Positions 12,597 to 22,421 of a DNA stretch of 64,000 nucleotides are shown here, in pieces (the first letter of the stretch is position 1; every line of letters begins with the position of its first letter). The stretch is taken from NCBI GenBank assembly GCA_937625935.1, contig OW569366.1:310001-374000 (forward strand), read 5' to 3'. The notes under the pieces are model-generated. The model made no database searches, had not been told where the DNA came from, and saw only the letters and a list, made by a program, of their open reading frames with translations. Source of the stretch: Tetramitus jugosus (Eukaryota > Protista > Heterolobosea). The position numbers were made by a program, and so were the translations under genes.

Positions 12597-13667
12597 CTAA
12601 TCTCGAGGCTCTTGTAAATCGTTGGATGGTCTGTCATTGTTACGAACAGGGGATGCACCACGTGGACTGTTGGTTCTATTGCCTGGAGATCTGGCAGGGG
12701 AGTGGTAACGTGGAGATGCATTCGATGGTGATCTTCTTGGACTCTTGCTGCTTGGTCTTCTTCTAACTGGTGATGCACCACGGCCTCTCTTTGGAGATGG
12801 ACTTCTTCTTCTTCTCCTTGGGCTGTTATCTCTGTAGGAGCGGCGATAACCTGGTGAGGGAGAACGAGGAGAAGGGGATCTTCTTCTTCGTTTGTTGTCT
12901 CTTCTTGGAGAGGGTGAATAGGATCTGCGAGGTGACACTGGACTGCGAGAACCAGGAGAATACGATCGACGTCTACCACCACCTCTATAACCATAAGGTG
13001 AGTGTCTTCTTCTTCGTGGAGGAGATCGTGATCTTCTGCCTCTGCGGCCACCACTACCACTACCAGACTTGACTCTCATTTCAATTGGAGTCTTACGCTT
13101 ACCACGTGCCATTGTCACAGTGATGCGCTTATTGTCCACTTCTTGACCATCCATTGCCTTAATGGCATCATCTGCTTCATCTCTCTTTGCAAATTCAATG
13201 TAGGCAAAACACTTTGGTTCACCATTGAAATAGTTTCTTGGCATGTACACGTCCTTCAACTCTCCATACTTTTCAAACAATTTTTGCAACTCTGCCTCTC
13301 TAGATTCATGTTCGACAATAAAAGATATCGTGTGTGAGTCAAAAAAAAAACTCAAAAAAAAAATTCACAAAAACAGAAGGGAGGTAGATGGTTACCTGAT
13401 GTGAGCTGGCAAGTTGCCAACATAGATACTGATTTGACTTTCGTCCTTGTTGTATATTGGTTTCTTGTTGAATGGTCTGTCGTCTCTACCACCACGATCA
13501 TTTCTATCATTTCTATCATTTCTATCATTTCTGTTGTGTCTATCGTTTCTATCGTTTCTGTCCTCATTTCGATCATTTCTGTCGTTGCTTCTGCTTGCTG
13601 GTGGAGGGCTTCTTCCACGCGCTGGCGAGTGGCCCATGGGTGATTGTGGTGATGGACTGCGAGGCAT
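12597..13667 (-). CDS. SR-family splicing factor (single RRM plus RS/SP domain, SC35-like/SRSF10-like); intron 13300-13395
   Basis: Spliced RRM reads SIYVGNLPAHIREAELQKLFEKYGELKDVYMPRNYFNGEPKCFAYIEF, followed by an RS/RSPSP tail. ATG at 13667. Confidence 0.9.
13496..13586 (-). repeat. Coding 9-bp tandem repeat (plus-strand TTTCTATCA-like) encoding (NDR)n
   Basis: About 10 degenerate 9-bp units encoding NDRNDRNEDRNDRNDRHNRNDRNDRNDRNDR. Confidence 0.85.
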
Positions 13668-13961
13668 TGTCGTTGACAAAAAAAAATGGAGTGTGAGCTG
13701 TTTTTTTGTTTTCGGTTTTTTTTCTCGTTCATGAAACGATCGAGAGTTTTTTTGAAACTTCAACCGCGAAAACTATGGTGGCTGAACGGCAATCTCTGTG
13801 TGAAATTTACGAATAGTTATCGATTTTATTTTTATCTTTCAATTTTACTCTTTGTACAAAAAATTGGTGGTCATTGTTGGTGATCTGGTGGTTTCCGATT
13901 TTCTCTTCTTTGTCATCACTGGAGAGTTAGTGAGTTTTGGCAAGATGATCTCTTGCTGGTT

Positions 13962-14351
13962 TCAATCGAGACTCCTTCTTTCTGATCGACGATCTACGCT
14001 TGGCCGAATGAGTCTATTCCTCTTGCTTTGCTTGCCCTGGGCTGCACGAACAGTTCGCAAATGAGACAATATTCCATTGTTCAAATCGTGATCGTGACTC
14101 CATAATTGCTCTTCGACTTCTCCATTCTTGACAAAGAATTCCAAATCAGAGAAATCCATCAGATCTGGCATCATGAATGCAACCATCTTTTCGAGTAGTA
14201 AAAGGTACCACTCCCACAGACTCACTACCCATTGTTTGGCAGTGTTGAATTGCAAGAGTACGATTGTGACCAACAGGACTGGATAGGAGAGACCATGATG
14301 GTGGTTTTTGTTGTGGAACAATGGTGAAAAACTTGGCTTTGGCGAGATCAT
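13962..14351 (-). CDS. Small hypothetical protein with a hydrophobic segment
   Basis: 129-codon ATG ORF filling an otherwise empty gap in gene-dense DNA. No family recognised. Confidence 0.35.
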   Translation of the reverse strand: MISPKPSFSPLFHNKNHHHGLSYPVLLVTIVLLQFNTAKQWVVSLWEWYLLLLEKMVAFMMPDLMDFSDLEFFVKNGEVEEQLWSHDHDLNNGILSHLRTVRAAQGKQSKRNRLIRPSVDRRSERRSLD

Positions 14352-14803
14352 GGTATTATTGTGGTTAGTCTTAATCGAACAGTATTAGTTAGCTACAGTG
14401 GCTTTTCTTTGTTTTTGAAGAAGCTAGCACTGCTATCACAGGGTGTGGATGTGCATAAGTGCGTGAGAACCTTAAATCTCCATATTTTCCGGGAGAATTT
14501 ACGGGAGATTCTTTGTAGTTCAGATAACGAAACACGCTCAAATTTCTCATCCGATAAAAATTCACACGCAGGTTTCCGCGAATACCTAATATTTGATCCG
14601 ATACTCCGATTTCTTTAGGTATTTTTACAATAACACCGACGAAAAAACTAAAAAAAACACGAAAAAATAAAAAGTCAGCACAATCGAAACACACGATCGT
14701 TGTAGCGGAACTGCAGAAAAGCCCATTCACACATCATCACATCAATTTTCTTCATCATCACACAAACATCACATCTTATCATTATTTCCCTGATGCAATA
14801 AAA

Positions 14804-15940
14804 ATGATGAGCAACGATTTCTCATCTCTCTCCGTCACAATCAAACAACACGATAATCATGACGATGATCAACATGTCAATCATCATGATCAAAAACAAT
14901 CTCTACCAGGATCCAACAACACCAACATGACATCATCGTTGTCGTCACTCTCGATTCAACAACCAAAAACTCCCTTCTCTGCTGCTTCTAAATCGCCCTA
15001 TTTTCCATCAGCTTTCATGTTTAGTGATCACATTTTATGGACTGATATTTTGCTTCATATTGCTCAGTATCATGTGTGCACACTGGGTGATGTGTATTGT
15101 GTTTGGAGTCGTGTGTCTCGTGATTTGTACGATCGTGTTCATCGCTTCACATTCGAACAGGATCGCACTGATTTGAGCATTGAACGCCTCTTTGGCAACA
15201 TTTGTAAAGTCAAGTGTCGGATGCCAGGTGAAGCCCGACGTCGGTCTTCTTCCGCTTCTACGGCAAATGGAATTACTCCGATTTCGAAAGGCAACGTTCC
15301 TTTGCCGCGTGTCGTGGTAAGAAAGCACTCTTCGTCAAAACTTCCCCTGTCGAACAGTGAGGTCAATCTCGTGAGGGAGCACGATGTATTCCATTTTTAT
15401 TTGAAACATCATTTTTTCACGAGGGTCTCTCATTACCCCAACGACGTATCGCGACCCATCTCACGATACAATAGTTCGTACTATTGTGTGATGCGCGATT
15501 TGGACTTTGTATTCAAGACAGATGACGTCGAACAGAGCTTTTTAAGCTTTTTTAAGCAAAAGCAATCACAACAGAATGATATTTATGAAGAAATATTGTT
15601 GCGAGTTCACTTTCATGTTTACTCTGATTTTACGTTTGGTCCATTGCAAAGGGCTGATTTTTCAAAGCTCTATCTGCTGTTGGAGGAGGAAGATGGGAGG
15701 CGAACAGAGCACTCACTGCCTTTTTATGCATCAAAGTTTGCCATTTTTGATCTGACGACAATGATTCGAGGCACATTGACCTATCAGCTCAATGTCGATC
15801 TCATACCCTATCTGGACAAGCCAAATTCCATTCAAGTTGTGTTTGAGTATGGACAAGAGGGTTATTCCAGAGTCACTCTGTTTCGAAATGATCCCGAAAC
15901 AATGCGCAAGTTGTCTCTGAACCTAATGTACAAAATTTGA
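14804..15940 (+). CDS. Hypothetical protein with F-box-like segment
   Basis: 378-aa ORF; LWTDILLHIAQY...VWSRVSRDLY resembles a divergent F-box. Confidence 0.65.
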   Translation: MMSNDFSSLSVTIKQHDNHDDDQHVNHHDQKQSLPGSNNTNMTSSLSSLSIQQPKTPFSAASKSPYFPSAFMFSDHILWTDILLHIAQYHVCTLGDVYCVWSRVSRDLYDRVHRFTFEQDRTDLSIERLFGNICKVKCRMPGEARRRSSSASTANGITPISKGNVPLPRVVVRKHSSSKLPLSNSEVNLVREHDVFHFYLKHHFFTRVSHYPNDVSRPISRYNSSYYCVMRDLDFVFKTDDVEQSFLSFFKQKQSQQNDIYEEILLRVHFHVYSDFTFGPLQRADFSKLYLLLEEEDGRRTEHSLPFYASKFAIFDLTTMIRGTLTYQLNVDLIPYLDKPNSIQVVFEYGQEGYSRVTLFRNDPETMRKLSLNLMYKI

Positions 15941-16030
15941 ATCGATTCGTGTAAAAAAATCAAAACAAACACATACCCTTGCAGTCAACTCTAATCTTGT
16001 TCCAAGTCAAAAGAAGTTTCCTGTGACATA

Positions 16031-17460
16031 ATGTCAGGATCGTCGCAACAGAGCAAGATTGAAAGAATTTTGAATATTTATGGTGTGGGATACTCTACTT
16101 CTTGTCAGACTGGAGTCAATCGTTCCTATTATGAACAGACAGACCCGGGACACGTGAGCGAGTATCTCCTGATTAGTTCAAAAACTGGAGCAATGATGGT
16201 CAAGACATTTACCCATGTGGTTCAATATGGTTCGATCGGAGAGCAATTTGCATCTGATAATGAGTTTTTTGCACTGGATGAATATGTAGTTCAAGTGTCA
16301 TGCGGTTTGAAGCATTCACTGTTTGTGACCAACCATCGGCGTGTGTTTTGTTGTGGGGATAATTCGAAGGGTTGTTGTGCGCTGGATCAAGCAATTTCCA
16401 AGGTGGAACAGGTGACCTTGATACCAGAGTTGTCTGATTGTAATATTGTTGAGACTAAATGTGGAATCGTCATTCATTTTTCATTAGCGAAGGGTATGAG
16501 AGTGTGTATGCTGCCGGGCACAACAAATTGAATGAATGCGGATTACCTAAGAGTACTACGTTGTACAATATATATGGTGTGAGGAAGTTGGGAGATATAG
16601 AAGGCAAGAGGTTAAAGTATGTTGCTCCTGGTGGATTTTACACTGTGTTTGTGACAGTTGATAATTGTGTTTATGTTTCTGGGTGTCTGGGTCAAGGTCA
16701 TGAGAGCAAAAGTGCTATAGTTCCGACAAAGGTAGATCATACCGATCTAAATGGATTGAAGGTGATCAAGAGTGTGGAGTGTGGTAAATGGCATACGATA
16801 GTAATTGTACAGGATGGTGCAGCTTACGCCTGGGGATCTAACATTCATGGCCAATGTGGTTTGAACTCAACATCGGACCAACGAATAGGGAGTCGCACTT
16901 TGGTGTCCGGTATACCCGAATATGAAAAAGTTGCCGAGGTAAGGTGCGGGAGTTACTTTACAGTATTTCGGTCTGAGTCAAACCGGTTTTATGGTTGTGG
17001 AGAGAATTTCCATGGTGCTCTGGGACTTTTGCATTACAGCTACCCCACTGTAGCTCAGATTCCTCTTTCAATTGGAACTGTTCTCAATTTCAGCTGTGGA
17101 GTGGATCTTTCTGTGTTACTACAAAGGAGGGAGGAGTCTATGTATTCGGGGGTAGGAGGTTAGTAGCGATTTTTATTATGTTTCAAATTTGCTCTTACCT
17201 CAATGTAACTCTCTTTGATATTTTAGATCAGCGCCATATTTAGGGAATTCTCAGAGTAAGTTGGAATATGAAATATGTTTGCCCTGGAAGCTTTCTCAGG
17301 ATACTTCTCACTGTGAACTCCATACAACCTGTTCCAAAGTCGGTACCACACATTCCTGTACAGTGTTCCAGCGGTGCATTCAATCTTTTTTAGCCGGTTA
17401 TTCGCTACTCAGCGAAAGAGACTTCTGTGCGATGTCGCTATTGTCACCAATATCTCCTAA
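16031..17460 (+). pseudogene. RCC1-repeat protein interrupted by three single-base frameshifts (about 16465, 17107, 17390); probable intron 17159-17226
   Basis: RCC1 repeats (VSCGLKHSLF..VFCCGDNSKG, VECGKWHTI..AWGSNIHGQCG, VRCGSYFTVF..GCGENFHGALG) are spread over successive -1 frames. Either a pseudogene or assembly errors. Confidence 0.75.
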
Positions 17461-17524
17461 TATGCTGAGAACTTTAGAATTACTCGAAGCTGTTGCGTTG
17501 TAACTTATGGGAGAAATGTTGTGG

Positions 17525-19168
17525 TTATCTGTAACCTGCAACAAATATTTCGGACTCCATCTTTAACTGGCGCTTCATTCTCATCTGTTCGCTGTCTTCC
17601 TGCAACCTACGGCACTCACCTTCCTCATGTGACCAATTTTTTCTTCCTGCTAGTTGATCAATTCTCCTCAACAAATTCGAATAGTCAAGTGGTCGGCGCT
17701 CTGGAAACTCCTTCATCAGGTCTGAGTGTTCTTTAACAATCTGGCGCATAGCATTAAAGTAGATTGTCCTTCCATTTCTCGCTGCCAAATCATTGTGGGC
17801 TTGCACTTGAACAATACTCTCTATACTGGGATTACTTTGGTTCAAGCGATTCATAAGATGCTGTGTATCAAAGGAGTTTGCACTGCCATTTCTCGCTTGC
17901 AGATTATAGTCAGCTTTCACTTGAACAACTCCATCATTCCAGGAGTTGGTTCTATTCAATCGATCGATACTGAAAGCACCGAGAGACTGAGTCGTTTGCA
18001 GTAGTCGTTTCTCCTCCAGTATCATTCTATTCACTGATCTTTGGGTCTCGGGCGACAATTGGCAACGAGCTGCCTCCATACTGTTCACAAGTTCCCATTT
18101 CCTCTTCTTGACTTCCTCATACTTGGAATAGTCGCTTTCTGTTGTAAAAATGAAACCTCGATTCATATTCTTCACTCCATTTGTGTTCATGAAAAGTGGT
18201 TTGTCGCTATCCCCGAGGTATATGATCTCAACCGAGGAGAAGACCGTAGTAATTTGATGCAAGTAGAACTCTACTCTCTTCACATCACTCAAGGCTTCCT
18301 GATTAAGCTTGTGAGGATAAATAGTGAGAAATCTGATCTTTTGTCGAATGCCTCGACTTGTTTGAGCAGCCCCATCCAGAAAGTTTTTCACATCTCCCTT
18401 GATAACCAGGTGAAATCCTCCTTCGGGCCAAGAGATGGATAACGCCTCAAACAACTGAATATTGGCATCACCGCAGTCGAGGACGATCCTTCTAACATGT
18501 GAAAATGGCAAACCTTCTTGATACTTGGGTTGATAAATAACGACAGGTGATTCTTGCCAAAAATCCCTCGAGAAGAGAGGATTGTTTTGCTTGTTGCTTT
18601 CTTCATTAAAAGAACATTGGATGAACTGAACATCCCCATTTTCATTATACTGATCGAATGACAGATCAATGGAAGAACAGTTATCAAAGGTAATTCCATG
18701 AACAAATCTTCGAGACTGAGCAATGAAGGAGGTTAAACTAGGGAGTCCAGAGAAATCAATATCCTTGAAGACAAGATTTTTCAAGTTGTATCCTTTGACA
18801 CGATACATGTCACAATAATTCTTGATAGCAAGCAAAATATTGGTCCCTAATCCATACTTGATAAAGCGACCACCCAGAGTCAGAGATCTATTGTTCCAAA
18901 TCTCAGGACGATACTCGATCCAACGATAAAACTGTTTGGACACAACCTTCATCCGCAACAGACCGTAGAAGCCCTCATTGTCATTGGGGACAAATGACAA
19001 GATGCGAACCCACAGCTCTTCTTCTCCACTCTCCTGGTGAGGAAGGTTCAGTTGGTCCATGCTGGTGGCTGGTGCCAAAGAAAGAGATGCCAAAAACTTT
19101 TCGATTTTATACTTGAGGGCTTGGTTTCTTTGTCTCTCTTGGAGTTGTGTTGCGTATGACAATGACAT
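17525..19168 (-). CDS. F-box-like protein with C-terminal 38-aa internal duplication
   Basis: EELWVRILSFV...LLRMKVVSKQFYRWI is F-box-like; 547-aa ORF. Confidence 0.7.
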   Translation of the reverse strand: MSLSYATQLQERQRNQALKYKIEKFLASLSLAPATSMDQLNLPHQESGEEELWVRILSFVPNDNEGFYGLLRMKVVSKQFYRWIEYRPEIWNNRSLTLGGRFIKYGLGTNILLAIKNYCDMYRVKGYNLKNLVFKDIDFSGLPSLTSFIAQSRRFVHGITFDNCSSIDLSFDQYNENGDVQFIQCSFNEESNKQNNPLFSRDFWQESPVVIYQPKYQEGLPFSHVRRIVLDCGDANIQLFEALSISWPEGGFHLVIKGDVKNFLDGAAQTSRGIRQKIRFLTIYPHKLNQEALSDVKRVEFYLHQITTVFSSVEIIYLGDSDKPLFMNTNGVKNMNRGFIFTTESDYSKYEEVKKRKWELVNSMEAARCQLSPETQRSVNRMILEEKRLLQTTQSLGAFSIDRLNRTNSWNDGVVQVKADYNLQARNGSANSFDTQHLMNRLNQSNPSIESIVQVQAHNDLAARNGRTIYFNAMRQIVKEHSDLMKEFPERRPLDYSNLLRRIDQLAGRKNWSHEEGECRRLQEDSEQMRMKRQLKMESEIFVAGYR

Positions 19169-19614
19169 TGTTGGTAATTGTACAGGCTAGGCTAGATAGT
19201 TCTTGCTTGTGTTTGTTGTTTGTATGTGAGTGAGGCAGATCATGTTGTTGATATTAGCTTAAAAGCAGAGGATGCGGGAGGCCAGGCCATTGTAAAGCGC
19301 CCTCAGGTGAAATTTTTTTGTTTGTGCAGGTGATCGGAGAAATGTTCTTCTGCCGATTGGAGGAGTTCGGTTCATCGACTGCCGGTCCTTGGTCAGATGG
19401 ATTGGGTGATGGATAGTAACATTCTCATTCATCGAAGTTGGCAATTCTAGTTTCGTGCAATTGGTTTTGATTCCACCCTCAAGTCGACCTTTGGTGCTGG
19501 CGCATGTGCTTCTCTGCACTTGCACTGCGAGTTCCTTTGAAGAATTTCATATTGGGTCCCGCACAACCAAAAACACACAACAAAAAATCAAATAGCCACA
19601 GGATTCTTATTCCG

Positions 19615-21492
19615 ATGAATACGTTGCCAGCCAATATCCAACAGACTATGTTGATTGCTTCCCGTGTTGCTCAACAAGAAGCAGGCAAGAAAAAGTACTT
19701 GGAACGAAACAATGTGGCTCTTCTGTCACTAAAGAATCGAGAGTTGTTTGCCACGAGACGATTGATGCGTGACTATAGAGAAATTGTGAGAAATCCGTTG
19801 CCTACGGTGTCTGCTCGTCCTCTGGAGGGCAACTTGTTCGAATGGCATGCCAATATCAAGTGTACGCTCGAGGGAACAGAGTACAATGGATTGGTGTTTC
19901 ATTTGAAGATTGAATTCAATGAATTTTATCCTGTCAAGCCACCAAAAGTGACCATGTGTCACTCGTTGTCTCATCATCACGTGTTCTCCAGCGGGTTCAT
20001 TTGTTTGGACATGTTGGAGACTCATATGACGGGTGATATGACATCTGGTGTGGGTTGGTCCTCTGGTTATACGTTGCAGTCAATCTTGATTCAACTTCAG
20101 AGCTTTTTGACAGACAAGGGCGAGTTGAGTTTGGAGAGTTTTCAGATCCAAAAGACAAGATGTGCCGCACAGAGCTATACTTGTGCTAGTTGTGGTCATT
20201 GTGCTGCTACTGGTGCGTACTATCCTCCATTGATGGGCGACACAAATGATGCCAATCATGACAAGGATCAAACACTCACCAATCGAGGAAAAAAGAAGAG
20301 GAACATGGCACTAATCAAAGCAAGAAACCATGACGCATTGAATCGTGATTGGTTCCCTTCACCTGAGATGAATCACATGTACTTGAAGATTTTCAGCTAT
20401 GTGGATGTGAAAACTTTGAATGGATCTGTGTGGAACTCGTGCTCCAGCTTCAAGGAGTTGTTGGAAAAGAACGAAAGGTATCAAATTCGATCCAAGGTGA
20501 TGTGCTATCATACCAAGATGACGTTCGAAGAGGTTGCTCTCGGATTCGGAGTCAATGTGACATACAATGGAAAAGTACCACAATATGTATCAACGAAGCT
20601 CGATTTAATATCTTATTTTGCAGTGTTCAAGGAGGGCATCGATGTCTCAATGTGGAAAGAACAATTCAAGTTCTGGATGCCAGTGTATATTAACAAGAGA
20701 CATGGTCAAGCCATGTTGGATAATCCAAAGTTTTTTGCTGCCTCTGTAGAGAGAATATACAACCGCAACTTTACTCCAAAGTTGGGACTCGATCTCTTAA
20801 CCAAGTTGATGAATAGTATGATTGTAACGGTCATGCAAGGTGTTGTTCATGCTAGTTTGAGAGCAATTGATGGTTATATAGCATTCCATCGTCTATTGAT
20901 CGCCTTACTGATCAAGTATCCAACCCTTCAGCAGGTGGTGGACGACAAAATTGAAGAATTTCTCACGAATCCACAAACAAGAAGAAAGTCCGGTACTCCA
21001 TCTCTAGGTGATTTCTTGCCTTACTTGACAGTTAGCTCAAAGTATTCTTGGCCTCAACTTGCCATACCTGTACTGCAAGAGGTGTTGTGTAGAAATGTCC
21101 TCTGGGTTGTGAAGGAAGACAGTAAGTTAAACAAAGTTACCTCTCAGAAAATTTTTGCAGGAAGGGAGCAGATCGAGAGACACAAGTCCTTCTTCAAGCA
21201 CTCAGCTGTCTCTCTCCGCTTGATCATGTTCCATGTTCAATTCCTGAAGCACTTTAGTCCTCGTAAGAACCAAACATTGGCAGAGTTGGCCGAGAAGTAT
21301 GATTCCTACTTTGGTTACGCGACCGAAGAGATGAAGAACATGTTCCAAGAGAGATTGTTCATCATTCAAAAGGTGGACAACTTCACGGACTTTTTCAAAC
21401 ACTGCTGCGTCCACGTCAAGAACAACAATGCCATTGATGAGATCTTGACAGATGCATGGCTCTCTTCCAAACAATATGGATACCACCAATAA
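19615..21492 (+). CDS. Ubiquitin-conjugating (E2/UBC) domain protein fused to an F-box-like motif and a large C-terminal domain
   Basis: RRLMRDYREI, NLFEWHANI, YNGLVFHLKIEF..YPVKPPKV, catalytic ICLDML, GWSSGYTLQSILIQLQSFL; later MYLKIFSYVDVKTL...SCSSFKELL. Confidence 0.85.
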   Translation: MNTLPANIQQTMLIASRVAQQEAGKKKYLERNNVALLSLKNRELFATRRLMRDYREIVRNPLPTVSARPLEGNLFEWHANIKCTLEGTEYNGLVFHLKIEFNEFYPVKPPKVTMCHSLSHHHVFSSGFICLDMLETHMTGDMTSGVGWSSGYTLQSILIQLQSFLTDKGELSLESFQIQKTRCAAQSYTCASCGHCAATGAYYPPLMGDTNDANHDKDQTLTNRGKKKRNMALIKARNHDALNRDWFPSPEMNHMYLKIFSYVDVKTLNGSVWNSCSSFKELLEKNERYQIRSKVMCYHTKMTFEEVALGFGVNVTYNGKVPQYVSTKLDLISYFAVFKEGIDVSMWKEQFKFWMPVYINKRHGQAMLDNPKFFAASVERIYNRNFTPKLGLDLLTKLMNSMIVTVMQGVVHASLRAIDGYIAFHRLLIALLIKYPTLQQVVDDKIEEFLTNPQTRRKSGTPSLGDFLPYLTVSSKYSWPQLAIPVLQEVLCRNVLWVVKEDSKLNKVTSQKIFAGREQIERHKSFFKHSAVSLRLIMFHVQFLKHFSPRKNQTLAELAEKYDSYFGYATEEMKNMFQERLFIIQKVDNFTDFFKHCCVHVKNNNAIDEILTDAWLSSKQYGYHQ

Positions 21493-21568
21493 AGTCAACA
21501 ACAAAAGCCAAATCATGAATGTTCAATAAAACATCCTAAAAAAAGAAATTGCTTCCGCTGCATGAAGC

Positions 21569-22360
21569 ATGAAGCAAGAAAAAACAAAGATCACTCAAGA
21601 GACAATGAACAATAGCTCTGTAGCCTCACTTGAAAAGCTCATTGAATCACTGCGCAAGGTTCAATCATTACAAGCCAAAAGAGCCAACGTGTACCATGAA
21701 CTGAGCACTGCCTTTAAGCAATTCATGTCCACTAGTCAACCAGACTCTACGCATGTCCAAGCCTATACTCTTGCTTGTCAATCTGTAACGTCTCAATTCT
21801 CAAAGATTTCTCAATCGGTTCGATCCATTATTGAACAACAACAAAATGTTGACAACAATGACAGGCATGTTCAAATGTTGCAAAAATTGCAAACGTTGGA
21901 AAAATCAAAGTTGGAGCTCACAGTCACCATTCAGTCACTACAGAGACAGATTGCACTGGAGAGGTTTGTGATTGATCAGGATGAGATGCATGAAAAGAGT
22001 CATGCTTCTTCTTCATCATCGTGTAAACATCACAATTGCTCATTGCATAGTCATGGTGGAGATGATGATGAGAAGGGTGAGAAGGGTAGTGAGACGATAC
22101 GAGGTGAAAAGTTGGCCTATCTCGAGAATGATTTACAAAAATTAAAGAGTTCATTGAGAGTTGTAGTGGAGCAGATTAATGAGCTATTGGAGGAGATTAT
22201 GTATGAGTTGGACGATTTGACTCAATCGTTGGAGGACAAGAGAGAAGAAGAAAAGAAAAATCCAGTTGTTGCGACTGTGACAATTGAGGAGAAAGCGAGC
22301 AACTCTACGACGAGTCATGCTGCCAGTGAATCTGGTGGTGATCAAGGAATCTTTTTGTAA
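21569..22360 (+). CDS. REX1-B family (required for excision 1-B domain) protein
   Basis: Helical pattern VQSLQAKRANVYHELSTAF, YTLACQSVTSQFSKIS, LQTLEKSKLELTVTIQ, VVEQINELLEEIMYE matches the REX1-B family as recalled. Confidence 0.7.
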   Translation: MKQEKTKITQETMNNSSVASLEKLIESLRKVQSLQAKRANVYHELSTAFKQFMSTSQPDSTHVQAYTLACQSVTSQFSKISQSVRSIIEQQQNVDNNDRHVQMLQKLQTLEKSKLELTVTIQSLQRQIALERFVIDQDEMHEKSHASSSSSCKHHNCSLHSHGGDDDEKGEKGSETIRGEKLAYLENDLQKLKSSLRVVVEQINELLEEIMYELDDLTQSLEDKREEEKKNPVVATVTIEEKASNSTTSHAASESGGDQGIFL

Positions 22361-22421
22361 ATTTTTTATACACGATTGTAATTACTGATAAATATCTAAT
22401 TTTTGTATTGGCTGTTAGGTT

